In this document: in pieces, positions 1 through 13,910 of the stretch
Layout: every line of letters begins with the position of its first letter
Position numbering within the stretch: the first letter of the stretch is position 1
Position numbers and translations under genes: made by a program
The notes under the pieces: model-generated
Told to the model about the DNA's origin: nothing
What the model saw: only the letters and a program-made list of their open reading frames with translations
Databases searched by the model: none
Source: Phoronis australis
Taxonomy: Eukaryota; Animalia; Phoronida
Assembly: GCA_002633005.1 (NCBI GenBank)
Contig: NMRA01000024.1
Location: 262,726-326,725, forward strand
Direction of reading: 5' to 3'
DNA: 64,000 nt

Positions 1-3000
1 TAACAAGTTTTTTTCACACTTTTTCGAAGAATGCATAATAAGGGCACGTTTTTAAGTGAGCGTAGACAATCCATACTACACGTTTCAGAAAGCTGGAGGC
101 CTCTTAAAATATGTCCTGGCCAAGGGTACCTAAAGGGTAAATTAGGCACTGGTAATTGACCATTTATCTCTATTTTTTCTCTCTTCTACGTTTAGCTGTC
201 CTTCTTTTCTCTACTGTCCTTGTTCCCCATCATACACGTGTGCTGGTCGTCACGAAAGTTTAACACGCACACCTGCAAATTAATAAAGGGGGGCGCACCT
301 TTCTGCCGCCCCTGCTGCTTTTCACGTTCCTGTTTAGTGGGAAGGGGGCACGGTCCCCAACTTTACATGTCCACGATTTGCAAAATGAGTGAAAATTTTT
401 AATTTGTTTCGTGTTGCAGTATTTTTTGCATGGATTATAACAATTGCAAAGGTCAGAAATACCATTTTGGTCGTTAGACTTTCGAATTTGAAACATTGTG
501 TGACCATGTGGATTGGTAGACTCGTACCGTTAAAGGCAATTTGTGAATATAAGTATTATGGATGGCAATGGGGAACTTGGGTTTGATGTTGTTGAATCTA
601 TTTAGAGTGATGCACCAACAGTTCAAGACACAGTTACGCGAACATTGTTTTTGGCTTGCGAGCGGCGCAGAATATCAGACTGCGAAATTATTTGACGTTT
701 TAAAGTCAACAATGCGTATTTGTATACTTATGATCATAGAATTTCGAGACACAGGCCCTTGGGGTGTAGGTGTACTCAGCCGGGCTGCGACATGGCCGAC
801 GTGGGCTGCACAACGATGGCGAAGAGTGAGTGTATGCGGAAAAAGGCATAGAGACGAAGCACATAGGTCTGGATTAAACCTTAGAACGCTCTCTCTGGAA
901 TACCAACTAGCGAACTCGCGGCCGCGCCGCTCTGGCGTGAGAGTTGTTTTCATTCGTTTGTTCCGGTGTATGTACATACTAAGAATTTTACTGCCATTAA
1001 ACTTCTCGTAACTCCGCCGTTTTTCAACAGAATTGCATAAGAGCCATATCATTAAAAAGCAATTTGTCAGTTCTTCATAATACCAAGAGCACGAAATTAA
1101 TAATTTATTTCGTAAGTAATAACTGAATGGTTTAAAAATATTTTTTAATTCTAAAAACCAAGAGTGTTACCAAAATGCGAAAAACAACAGCCTGTAGTAG
1201 TAACATAAAAGGAAATGAACTAGGGACTTTATATAAATGACCAGTTAAGCCATTAGGGAAATAATGTCAGTGATTCAAAAGATTTTTACCTTTTAAAGAT
1301 AAATTTTTAGAATACGGATCCCTCGCACTTGATGTGGATAATTTAGTCAAGAATTCATCCAAAATTATAATATTTATATATTATAATTAATTGGACCTTT
1401 GGCGCCGTTTGATACAATTACATTCTTCAGTAAAAACTCAGAATGCAGTCGGAAAATGAGATAAACTATTTGAAATTTGCAGATAAAGGTTTTGTGATAT
1501 ATGAAAATGGACAAACATCTATCACGTAGCTATAAAATGTATTGTGAATAGCTCATCACATTGGTTGCAGTGGAGGACTTTCCATAAAAGTTTAGAATTA
1601 AACTCTTTTCTTCAGAAAGTAAAAGTTAGAGATCCGGTTGTTACCGAAAACTGGAAACATTGGAACATTTTTACGATTCTTACGTTACTAAAGAAAGTGG
1701 AATCAGGAAAATAACGATATTCATAAAGAGAAACACTTGTTGCATAATTGTCATGGTCAACATTCAAGAACCAAAAAACTGAACAACTGGATTGAAAAGA
1801 GGGATTTCAGGAAAAAAGTGGAATACGTGGGTCTAGGCCAAAACGTAAGGGTGAAATGTTCGCTGCAACTAGGAAAAGACGTACCGACAGGCGTTTTTTT
1901 CGAACGTGAGATTTAACATCCAAAAATGCCCAACAGCGTTTTTTACGGTTGAATGGGAAATTGTGGGTGCCGCAAAAACCCACGAAACGTCCCGTTTTTT
2001 CTTTTTAGTTGAGCGGTAAAATATGGCTATGTCGCGAGATAAATTACAATAGTATATGGCTATATATCAATTTGGCCTTGCGTCAAAAAGCGGGACATTT
2101 AGAAGGTGGGGTGGGATGGCAGAACAAAATCAAAAAAGTGGGAAAGTCCGCCAAGAGCAGTGGTAAATACACTGTACGCTGTCAGCAACGCGAAATACTG
2201 AACTGGATTCTTTTACAAGGTAAACTTTTCAATTTTTGAATTTTATTTCACGGCTGTCGTTAAATACTACAGATAACAGCAGTCGGGTCTACTTCTCAGA
2301 AATGGAATTAACAAAAAACGGCATCTGGGCAACAGGTAAACATTTTACAAATAAAACATTATTATTATTTAAAACAGTAATAATATACGCACACACACAC
2401 GTACACACACAAACTTAGAAATTTTTCGGAAGTTATGTAAACACAACTGTTTATGCCAAATGTAACATCTTCCCGTAAACATGATTTTAACACCCAAAAG
2501 TGTCTTGTTGAAAAACTGCATGTACTATGATAGGTTGTCGAAAGAGGTTCTACCACTGAAGTTGCAAAAGATGTCAGAGGCCAAACTACTCCTGCCATCC
2601 AGCCAAGGCCACAGGTCGGTGCTTACATATTTTGCCAGACTCGGGACCGCAGCCTATCGGACCGGTGCGGATCGAGACCAGACACTGGCGATCGGTAAAT
2701 GCATGCGGTTGCAAGCTGTTTTGTCGAAGTAAAATGGTCAAATGATAAATGCTGCATATATTCAAGGGTAGTTTCAGACACTTGCATGAAATTACGGGCT
2801 GGTTAGTCCTGTGTCACACTGCCGCGGCAGACCTTAGTTAGCCTCAGTCATCAGCTACCAGTGAAGACTTTCGTCAAAATACAGCTTGTTAGTAGGCCTA
2901 TACAGCTTTGCGCCAAGGCTACCCTTAGGCCTAACTGGTCGCTGGCCACGGCGCTCGCTCAAACGAGGTTTATTTAGAACTTGGGTACTTCTGGCGAACT

Positions 3001-5640
3001 GTGCAAAGTTGTTGGCTTTCAGAGAGATTTTCCCAGACTTTGTATGAACGCACCAAGCTTAAAAGAATGGGGGGGGGGAATGTCTATCTTATACTATCTT
3101 TAAGTATGACAAGTCCAATACAACATGTTATCAATTTTTATTCATTAACTTAAAATAATAGGTAACTTAAAATGCACAATACTTTACAACATTTAGCATT
3201 ACAAACACTATTCAACAGGAACAGTGTCCATGATATGAAAGTGGACATACATGTAACTGTTACCATGGTGACGGAATAGTGTTTCCTTACACCAGAATTT
3301 GACAAGCATCATTTAAAAAATTATGAAGTTGCAAGGAGCAAGAATTAAGGGCTTGAAGGTTTAAAATCCAACATAGCTTATTTCTCAAATTAAGATTATT
3401 CATATGGTTGACTTGATAACCTGAAATAATTCGAATTTATCTTATATTTTTGCACACAAAAACACGAAAATTGAACAAAGATTCTTTTTTGTAGCAACGT
3501 TTGTCAAAATGTGTCAACGTTAAATCTTCACAAATTACAAAGTAGCCGATTGAACATGCCTTTCAGTTCAGCAAAAGTCGCCATGTTGTCGGTGCCGCCA
3601 GAAATGAGACGAAGTCCAACGGGAATTGTGAGCACATTTATCACTTAATGAGTAACATCTGCGAGGCTGAAATTTGGTGAACACTGTTAAATCGTGAAGA
3701 ATAGTAAGTAAAGATATGTCTAACTAAATTCCACCGTAAACCGAAAACTATTTACACAAAGTTATAAACTCGTAACTGATCCCGCTGTCCTCCTATTTGG
3801 CCGACGCGATCCAAACAAAGTGACCCAAATTTTGCCACAAAACTTGAAATAACTTTACAGTGCTTGCCCCGATTTTGATACTACTTCGATTTTTACTGAG
3901 AAGAATGTACTACCTTTCCGATGATAGCAAAGTACTTTTTCAAAACGAGGAAAAAAAATAAAACCGAAAAAATTGGTTCGACCCATATTGGTTCCTAGGT
4001 TCGACCGGCCTACGTAAGGAACTAAACACCAATGCTATTTTAACATACTAAGTACGCGTAACATTCCAAAAAAAATCAACGACCACTAACTTCAAACTAT
4101 AAATACAATACATATGCAAACGAATCACGATATATTACTAATAAAACAAAACAATGAAGACCTTTCGAGCAAGCCATAGCACATTCAGTTACAAGGAAAA
4201 AATGGCGGCGTTCATGACAAGTTCCTGAACTGATGAGCCGGAAATGTGGGTACGGAAATAACCGATGACAACCGGTAATCATACGCTCATAGAGAAGGGT
4301 CAAATACTGTTAAAAAATCGCTTTTGGCAAGAAAGGCTAAAAGAATATAAAGAAAGGGTGTCGAAAATAAGAATTTATGAAGTAAGTATTTTCGGATACT
4401 GGAACCACATGGGCAGTTTGAGAGAAGGACTTTAATAACGCGCTGTAGGCTACTGCCGTGCGATGTGTTGAACATCACCAGACACGTCGAACTTTTTCGT
4501 GACTTGCTGGACTGCCGGGTAAGTTTGCATTCCTCTCTTGTCTTCCACGAATAGCCTAACATACACATGTGCTTTGACTGATTTTAGGCGTAAACACATT
4601 AAAAAGCTGTTTATATTTCTAGAATTCGACTAGCGCTTGACAAATTAAAACATTGAATTCCTATAGCGGAGTCTCAAATGTTAGGAAGGATTTCGGCCAT
4701 ATTGAGCCTACACTCGCTTTCCTAAATGGCCCCTTCCCTTTCAAAGCCGCAATTTGTAGTGGCTACTACACTGATTCAGATTTTTTTATAACTATTTTAG
4801 GCATTATGTGCGAACTCTAAAATTGCATGCATTTATGCCAACTGAACTCGCCTCGATATATATGGAAACATCCGAAGGCTACGCTGTGGTTCGACAGTTA
4901 GGAGTCGAGAGTAATTTTTTGCGAACTTTGAAGAAAAATGAAAAGACAATCACATAGGAAAATCCAACTGTTTTCGATAAAAAATCGTGGAGCAACTGTG
5001 GAGATGGAATTCTTGTAACTCTTGTGCGCAACTTTTGCATTTCAACCATTCTTCATTGTCGCCGATTATAGTTTCTTTAAATGACAAGTGAAGGTTAAGC
5101 AGATAAGAAAGAAAACAATGTCGGATACATGCAGATCAGGCGGTTATTCTTGGCGTAGCATTATACAAATAAACCTAGGTACATATGGTAACATAGCCCA
5201 AGAGTTGTGGCTTGTAAATTTGCGAAATAGTAGCCTCTAAGTTTCATTTTCATACCGGAGTTCTATTGATTGACTCTTGCAATGTATTCCAATGCCAATA
5301 GGGCATTACAATACCTTATTTGTACAAACCATTTGTACATATTATGTGTCCACAATTACTCCAGAGTGGCAGTATCGCATTAAATCTAGCAAAATTATCA
5401 GAAAACGAGAATTCTACTTTATGATTGATCATTATTTAAATTGTGATTGCGAAATAGGATTGATATGATGATTTTACAAAATGGCAATTATTCGAAAAAA
5501 ATGCACTCCCAAGTTTGATTGGTTTTCTCTATTGTTAATCTGTATCAACTGGCTGCCTCCTGCTCACTGCCTGTACGGTGGCGTAATGTTGCAAAATGCA
5601 AAACGAAAGGATATCACGTTGTTGATTTTGTTTCGTAGAA

Positions 5641-5802
5641 ATTCGTCACCAGATAATTTAACAGATCAGCTGTATAATGCAAGACCGTCAATATTCGTCA
5701 CCAGATAATTTAACAGATCAGCTGTATAATGCAAGACCGTCAATATTCGTCACCAGATAATTTAACAGTTCAGCTGTATAATGGAAGACCGTCAATATTC
5801 GT
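5641..5802. repeat. 52-bp tandem repeat, ~3.1 near-identical copies
   Basis: Unit attcgtcaccagataatttaacagatcagctgtataatgcaagaccgtcaat starts at 5641, 5693 and 5745, with a partial copy at 5797; the third copy has 2 substitutions. Confidence 0.95.
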
Positions 5803-6883
5803 TAACTTGTTTCAAGATAAAAAGGGCCTGAAGCAGTTGAAATAGACGAACTTATTAAGAACGAACAAATTCCAAAAGCTTTTCAGATTTTTTTTAAAAA
5901 CAGTACAGGTAAAATAGCATTTCAATTTATTTGTAAGTATCACCCGAAAGGTGGTTTGATTATGTCTTGCTGTTGAATCAAAGTTGAATCTGAGTGTTGA
6001 TGTACATTCAACCACCGAGAGATTCTTAGATGCTCTCGAAAATTCATGTAATGAATGTGACAAAAATGCTCTTCACGAACAGAAAATGTTTTATAGTTTG
6101 GAAATCTAACTTTAAAAAAACGAGAAGCAGCCGGCGGGCTTCTTTTCGAAATGTTTAAGAATTCCAGGGATTTTATTTGTCCAATTCTAGAATTAGTTTG
6201 ACACAGAAATCCCATCTCGGTTAATTGCCCACAAAGATGGCGTGACGCAATGTTGAATCTCATATTCAAGCCGGGTTATTTTGATATCTTAAAAGATGAT
6301 GGAAACAGCTGGAGATAAAAAATAGCCTGCAAGTTCCACTAATGCCGTCCGCCTAGGGAAAACTATTCAAGACCATACACAGCTAAATGGCTAGCTTAAC
6401 AACTTGGCCACACTCCATCTATCGCAGTCTGTGGCTAACAATATCCAAACGCGCGGTAGGGCTTATTTCCAGTTGAATATTAGTGCGAGGTACGGGTCTG
6501 GATGAAATATGATTTCGACGAAGCATCACATTGAGTCCTTTTCAAGTAAATCAATGGTAAAATTGAATTCTCATCATTATTTCACGCCGGTCGTAGCATA
6601 ATTCCACACACGGTAATAAAGCTGTCGTCGGTACACGATATACGGTACTTTCCATTAGGTCGTCGTGTGTATAAACGCGCCTTGCGTCATGAACAAATCT
6701 TTTTTTTTAAGACAACTTACACTTAGTCTCAGCTTGGGCCTTACTTTCACTGTATACAGTATATGTAAGTAAGCAGTTATGTTTACCCAGGATGCTATTC
6801 TACATCCTAGCTCTTACAGAGAATTTGGTACTGTATAATTCAGGCGCTTTTGAGTTGTATGTGATTGTCTTTCCAAGCCATGT

Positions 6884-7985
6884 TAGACTGGGATCCCAGA
6901 GCTTTATGGGCATGAAAAGGTAACCAATTTCCTTTGGTGCCATATTGCTCTATGGGTATCCTGATGTTTGGAAATGGCCTATGACAGGCTCGCTCTGGTG
7001 GGTGTGGTCAGGGGAGCCAAGGGAATGGCACTAAAAATTGAGCTAGATCAACTTTTCTGGTAACCACTTAAAACTGGCTTCCGATACCTAATACGTAATC
7101 CACTGTATCAAAATTGGTCACTGCCAGACAATTTCAGTGGTGGGGAGTATCAGCCAGGTGGTTATGAACAAGGTAAAAAATTGAGCTAGATCAATCCAAG
7201 AGGTAACTACTGATGAAACCAGTTGCAAAGTATTCACCGTGAGCATAGGTATCACGAATGAACACTGCCAGACAAATCTAGGGTGAGTTAGCCCCGCCAG
7301 ACACGCCCAAATACCCGAGTTGAGCTAGATCAACACACCAGGTAACCATTTGAAACCAATTGCACGATGTTCAGCATCACTGAACATGGCACAACAGTTA
7401 GATGCCAGACAATTTCAGTGGTGGGGTGTCCTTGTCAGACGATTATCAAAAAGAGTTAAAAACTGAGCTAGATCAACACAATAGATAACCGCTTAAAACC
7501 AGTTCCAAATATTCACCGTAAGTCCAAGTATCACGAATAAACACTGCCATACAAATCTAATGGTGGGTTAGCCCTCCAGACACGCCCAAACATCTGGGTT
7601 GAGCTAGATCAACCCACTAGGTAACCGTTTGAAACAAATTGTACGATGTTCAGTATCACTGTACACAGCATAACAGTAAGATGCTTGACAAATTCAGCGG
7701 TGTGGTGCCCCTGCCAGACGACTAAAGAAAGGGATAAAATTTGAAGTAAATCAACCCAAGAGGTAACTGCATGAAACAAGTTGGAAAATATTCTACGTAT
7801 GCCCATGTATTATGAATAAACACTGCGAGACAAGTCCAGAGGTGGGTTAGCCCAGGCCCACACGACCAAATATCTGAGTTGGGCCAGATTTATCCGCCAG
7901 GTAACCGTTTGAAACAGTTTTCATAATGTCGAGCAACGTTCTGCATGCATCAAAAGGTACTTTACAGACATTTTCAACCGTGGGG
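6884..7985 (+). repeat. Left TIR with ~140-bp alternating tandem units
   Basis: Anchor motif ttgagctagatcaac...ggtaac recurs at ~7038, 7181, 7320, 7463, 7599, 7741 and 7879. Alternate units are more similar to each other, giving a ~280-bp dimer. The inner boundary is approximate. Confidence 0.9.
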
Positions 7986-8479
7986 CAGTAGCTTGCAGAG
8001 ATTTGGTCGATGCAGAGGCGACTTTTTATTGGACGCCTTTCTCAACTCAAATGCACATATTCTATTCAGGCCCCGCGAATTTCAAGAACGGTGGACCTTT
8101 GATATTTTGCAAACGTCGACTCTGTTGAGTTTTCGCTAAGGCCTTTGACGCAGCTCAATTAGGGGGAAGGGAAATCTGTATGCACAACGATGACTCTCAG
8201 CCCTATGTTCATGAGATGAGACGGAATTTGTAATACCAGAAAGAGGATGCTGTGACGGTTGCTCTCAAAGAACGGGACACAAATTCGGATGTAATGTGGT
8301 CCAGCAATAGAACGTTCTCGCATTATCTGCTGCCAAAGTTTCAAATCAGCCATGCTTAAATGAGTGATTACACCTCATTGCATACTCAGACGGAAATATG
8401 AAGTTTAGTCTGCGAATGATTTCACAAAATTGTTTATCTGGTTGTATTTTAGCGTGTTACTTAAGTTGCTTACATCGCT

Positions 8480-9220
8480 GATGGGAACAGCCCACTTTTT
8501 CGAAGGTTCACTACTCGCCGGATGGTTCACTATTACGAAGGTTCACTACTTTCGAAGATTCACTACTCCGAAGATTCATTGCTCCAAAAATATTCAAACT
8601 TTCAAACTCAGATGTGGTTTTAACCTTCTACATGCAAAAACAAAAACGATTTGTTTTGGTTATTAGATGCACCAATACCGAAAGCAACGCCAGAGCACTA
8701 AAGCGCTTTGTTTGGATTTCATGTAGACAGTGACCACCGTCTTCAGCTGACAAGCACAACTTAGATTTCAATGTGCACGATCGAGAAATTGCCCGCATGT
8801 CTTAAAATGAGTAGCGCACTTGCATTTTAAAATGATCTGAAGTGGAATACTGATGAATTATCAACCGTGACACATTCATGAAAGCCCCATGTCAAGATAA
8901 CATTGCAGTGCGACGCACACGGCCGGGTCGAAACTAAATGGAGTTAGTAGCCAGTTCACACAAAGTCATTGGGAATCCCATTCAGTCTTCTTAAACTTGA
9001 AACCGCCGTTGATCGCCGTAGCCTTGACGCGTGCCCCAGATGTTGCATCTGCTTGAGAATGAGTCTTGATCACACAATCAAGAGTAGGGAACAGTCGGAG
9101 TTTTGGAATAGTGGAAATTCAAAGTAGTGAATTTTAGAAGGTAATGAACCTTCGGAGTTGTGGACATTCGGTGTACTGGACCTTTGGAGTATTGGAACCT
9201 TCGTCATAGTGACATGGCAC
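8480..9220. mobile_element. Nested MITE-like element with inverted arrays of 16-17-bp subterminal repeats
   Basis: (cgaaggttcactactc)-like units in tandem at ~8500-8590; reverse-complement units (ttcggagtagtgaacc-like) at ~9095-9205. Exact termini are unclear. Confidence 0.6.
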
Positions 9221-11258
9221 ATTGAAAATCTTTTCGATCAAGTTTGTAGCTCGCATCAGTGTTCGGAAGTCTGCAGGGTTGTGCACCATTGACATTGATT
9301 GACTAGAGAAGATTTTCATTGATCATCATAACGTGAAAACGCTCGACGGGTATCCTCAGTGAATGAAAACACGGTAGTTGAATGTCTGGATTTTGAGCAC
9401 GACAGAGGACTGCCTGTAATGAACTCACTGGATTTAAAAGAACAGAAACATGTGCACGCATGGACGTCAATCCACCAATCCACAATCAAAGTGGACACTG
9501 GATGAACAACGTACTTCCATATTTGACGAGAACTTTCAATTAAAAATTTGAAAACGCCTACATTTCTTCCGTACTATGCTTGCAAATTAAACCAAAATAG
9601 CAGAATAACAAAATTAATCCGTTTTCTGCTGTTTGGTTTCTTGGCCGAGTTTAAGGCATTCACGCCGAACTAATTTTTCGGGAGCTGTCTCGCTGCTATA
9701 CACATGTAACTTACTTATGTCGTAGGGCTAAACTTGTATGCTTAGGTAGAGACATTCATTTCTAGACTCCCTTGTTGCCCTGTTTGTTGTAGGCACCACG
9801 AGGGTAGTTTATGAATAACTGAAACATCCTCGTATTGTATGCAAGATCCTGTCATCTACACAAACAGCTGCACTCGGGCGAATTTGGCCGAGTACGGCCC
9901 GATGCCACGTGAAGCGCTTTGAATCAGAAGCAAATGCAAAATTACCAACATAGTTGTAATTGTACTTAATAGCACCAGTAGCTGTAACAATTTTGTTGTT
10001 GTTGTCCATTTATATCTTATCTTTCATACCATGAACAATACGCTTACAAGGAGGTCACGCATTTCTAAAGATGTGCGGGAATTTTCACCGCTCGTCCTTC
10101 TGAGTGGCTTGTACCAGGATCAAAGAGAGCGCGGCGCCGGAATCAGGTACAATTGTGATGACCGCTTTGCCCGATGCGAGCAAGACCCAATTAAATGTAA
10201 TTATCCAACCATGAACTGTATTAGACATCTCTGACAGTACATAATGGCGAATTTTCAAAATGCATTAACCACTAATTTTCGTTATAAACGAACACCACGG
10301 CGGTATTCAGCTGGAAAAAAACCAACCAAGTACCGTTTTCGATTTTTAAAAATCGATGGACTAATAATCTAAAAACTACAACCATTGGGTACGATTGAAG
10401 ATGATAAACCACCGCGCGTATTGATATACTCGGTGGATATACAAATGCTGATCTGAGTTAACAATATCACGTGGATTCATTTTTTAATATTCTTTCAATC
10501 TCGTTTAACCAGATTTTTTGACCACGAAACAGTTGTTGTGCCCACTTTTCATTTTTTATTACTGACAAAGAGCTAGAAATGTTATATAATCAGTGCCATC
10601 GAAATTGTCCAGAGATTCCAAATCTTCAGTTTTTGTTTATCACCATATTTGCACTTTTGTATATATTTTATGATAAAGATTAAACTTTAATGACACGTGA
10701 AATGTTTAGTGTACCTGTAATGTGGTAATGAACTTAAGTAATTAAATTTAGCGGGCGATCAAAATCTACCACTGTTTTAGTACTTTAAGTTCAAAACTTA
10801 GATAAAAAGTTATCAACCAGTTTCCGGTAAGAAAAAAACAAGTGGGCAGAAGCATTAAAAATTAAATAAAGAAAACCAGTATGAAACTTATCGTTCCTTT
10901 GGGAAGTAGCCCTTTGTGAAGATAAACACAAGTTAACCTTTTTAGTCATTCTGTAATATTTATAATGTACCAAGGTAAAACTACTCTTCAGCGTTGCAGA
11001 CTATAACTCTGCAAATGTCAGAGAAAACCAAATTGGGGGTACTAACAACAACCATTGTTGAGACAGTAATGCTAGCGATTACCTTTCCACTTCATTAGCT
11101 CAGATCTCCTTCAATACAAAGGGCGTGCTGAATAGGCATCGTAAAAGTTGTCTGGGGCTTAGGGAATCGGAGCGGTCGTTATTCCCACAATGTTCCCCAT
11201 CTGGGGTAGTTTGCGCGGTTCAGGGCGAAGAATACGTCTAGTATTGTTGGGGAAACTG

Positions 11259-11283
11259 TTTATATAGCTACTGACGTCATTGG
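11259..11283 (-). promoter_or_regulatory. Compact CCAAT/CRE/TATA promoter-like cluster
   Basis: Minus strand reads CCAATGACGTCAgtagcTATATAAA: a CCAAT box overlapping a full CRE palindrome, with a TATA box 5 nt downstream. Motif evidence only. Confidence 0.4.
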
Positions 11284-11764
11284 TCTTGAGGCATCTCTGG
11301 AGTTTTCTTTAGGCTCGGTTTATGAGAAAAATGTTTGTTGTCCCAAACTGATCAGTTTTCCCAAATTTGACATTAATCACTGTGTAAAATGAAGGAAGAT
11401 GGCGCGCATACATAACGCAGACGAAAGCAAAAGACGGCATTTCGATTATTCCTCGTCTTAGCAGTTGCATCAAATGATTCGTCCGAAGACAGGGGAGCGC
11501 TATTTAGAGTGGTAAAATAGGACAACGCAAAATCGAAATTCGTGCAAACACAATGTGCCATCCGTCACGGACGGATTTTCGGTTTTGTTTTTAATAGTGA
11601 ATCATATGGAGTATCCCACTGTTGTCGCATAAACTTGTGAGATCGCTCCAACCGCAGGCGCGATGTTTCTGGTTTTCATGCTCTGACGTAAACCTGCGGA
11701 CAATCTCTCACCTTGAGTGTGTGGTGACTTATGTCAGCGTGAATGGGCTTATAACCAATTTTGT

Positions 11765-12727
11765 TTCGACTCTTTATAATTTGTCTGAAGGGGACACCAC
11801 AGCGCTGAAATTATTTGGCATCTTACCGTTGTGCCACGTGCTGAAGATCGTGCAATTGATTTCAAACGGTTAGCTGGTGGATTGGTCTAGCTCAACTCCT
11901 ATACTTGGGAGTATCTGGCGGGGATAACTATACCACTAGATTTGTGTGGCAGTATTTATTCTTCATATCTGGGCTTACGACGAATATTTTGCACTGGTTC
12001 ATGCGGTTACCTCTTGCGTTGATCTAGCTCAACTCAGGTATTCACCACTAGATTTATCTGACAGTGCTTATTCGTGATACCTGGGCTTACGGTGAATATT
12101 TTGCAACTCGTTTTAAGCGGTTACCTCTTGGGTTGATCTAGCTTAATGTTTAACCCTTTTTGATAATCGTCTGGCAGGGACAACCCACCACGTCTGTAAT
12201 CTAACTAGTGTGCCATGTACAGTGATGCTGAAAATCGTGCAATAGTGGTTTCAAACGGTTACCTGGTGGGTTGATCTAGCTCAGCTCGGGTATTTGGCGT
12301 GTCTGGCGGGACTAACCTACCACTAGATTTGTCTGGCAGTGTTAATTCATGATACCTGGGCTCGCGGTGAATATTTTGCAACTGGTTTCATGAGGTTACC
12401 TCTTGGATTGATCTACCTCAAATGTTTACCTTGTTTATAACCGTCTGGCTGATACTCCCCACCACTGAAATTGTCTGGCAGTGACTAATTTTGGCAAACG
12501 GTGGATTACGTAGTAGGTAACGAAGGCAGTTTGAAGTGGTTACCAGAAAAATTGATATAGCTCAGTTTTGAATGCCATTCTCCTGACTCCCCCGGACTGA
12601 CCACACCCACCAGAGCGAACCTGCCAGACGGCCATTTCCAAGCATGAGGATTCCTCTAGGCCCTCGTGGTACCAAAGATAAATTCGTTACCTTTTCATGC
12701 CCATAAAAGCTCTGGGATCCCGGTCTA
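11765..12727 (-). repeat. Right TIR (inverted copy of the repeat array)
   Basis: Reverse motif gttacc...gttgatctagctcaa at ~11882, 12019, 12132, 12271, 12408 and 12552; one unit is shortened (~113 bp). The inner boundary is approximate. Confidence 0.9.
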
Positions 12728-13689
12728 TGTGGCAACGCACAGGTATGAATAATGAAGGTGACATAAAATGGTGCATTTGGGCGTGTTTTGGGATAATTTC
12801 ATTTCGAATGTGAAAAATATATAACACTTAGTTGAAACCTGTCATCCACATTACACGGGATCTGCAGCTGGCGCTGAACGCCTGTCCACCAAAGATGTAC
12901 GTGGCGTCGTTTGGTTTACGGGATAGTGAATTTCAGTATGGCGCAGATATTTAGAAAATTAGTTATTCTCCTCATAACTCAACACTATGTTAAATGCGGC
13001 ACGTAATGGTCCAAATTCTTAAAAACATTCTGCTAGATGATATACAAGAGCACCGTATGATTTATTGTTTATTTTGGATTACAATCTAGATACAACTGGG
13101 CGTCTGCGAACAAAAAAAATCAATGTACACATGCTTATACGTAGGGTGTTACCTGTGAAGTACCTTTGATATTCTCACAAGGTGTTATGGATTGTTGTTT
13201 GCAAAGTTGGCATAGTGATGTTTAAAATTACTCAAAGCTGCATTTCAGCCCGTTGGCTGAAAAACAAAAATTGAATTAGTCACGATTACTCATAAAACAG
13301 ATCTCATGACATTTCCATACCTGTCTCAAGTCAACGCCAATACACACGCGCAATTTTCGAATTCGCAATTTTAGGTTTTGTCAATCCCAATAGAACACTG
13401 TCTGATAAAATAGTCCATTACCGCTGTCACCCGACTTCAAAAAACCAGGTGACTGCGGTAACTATTCACCATTTGTAATAAAACTTTTCATGAAACGGAG
13501 TCCTGGCGTTCCCAGTTCGAAAAATTATATTGCCATGATGGACCGCCCAGTGTTCGTAGGCAGGCAACTCTGGACGGTCAGAAAACCACATGTCCTTCCG
13601 CTCGATTACTTTTTATTGACAGCGTTAAGATACGAGTCGTCTGAAAAATCAAGACGTCTTAATTTCATTTTCAGTCCTTTTCGTGGACA

Positions 13690-13910
13690 TAAACAAGGCC
13701 CCATTTGAATTCCTCATGAAAAGTTGAGAATAAATGTATTTCCCCACAACCTTGGCCAAGTTTTGTGGGACATAGCTGTATTTCAAATCAGCTGATTTGA
13801 TTAGCTCTCCGAAAGTTCCACCTAATTGCCTTGTTTTATGATCCACGCTTGGAAAGGTGTATTCAGATCAGTGACAATAGCATGTGTATACTGCCTGAAG
13901 ACCCTTAATG
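13690..13910 (-). pseudogene. Very old non-LTR reverse transcriptase relic (CR1/L2-like)
   Basis: Frameshifted minus-strand translation YTHAIVTDLNTPF/SVDHK resembles the RT motif AIxxDxSKAFDSVDH; heavily decayed. Confidence 0.3.

Larger units (their letters stand above)
6884..12727. mobile_element. Non-autonomous long-TIR DNA transposon (Academ-like), 5844 bp, TGT target-site duplication
   Basis: Left end tgt|TAGACTGGGATCCCAGAGCTTTATGGGCATGAAAAGGTAAC; right end GTTACCTTTTCATGCCCATAAAAGCTCTGGGATCCCGGTCTA|tgt. TGT at 6881-6883 and 12728-12730. Inverted similarity runs ~1 kb. No transposase ORF inside. The Academ label is inferred from TAG..CTA termini, a 3-bp TSD and long TIRs. Confidence 0.85.

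Noticed and set aside
220-1052. Overlapping ORFs of 60-149 aa
   Set aside because: Present on both strands with no recognisable motif or splice support; likely chance in a locally GC-richer stretch.
6884-7985. Regularly spaced conserved motif resembling a CRISPR array
   Set aside because: The intervening segments are homologous to each other and ~110 bp long, the context is eukaryotic, and there are no cas genes.
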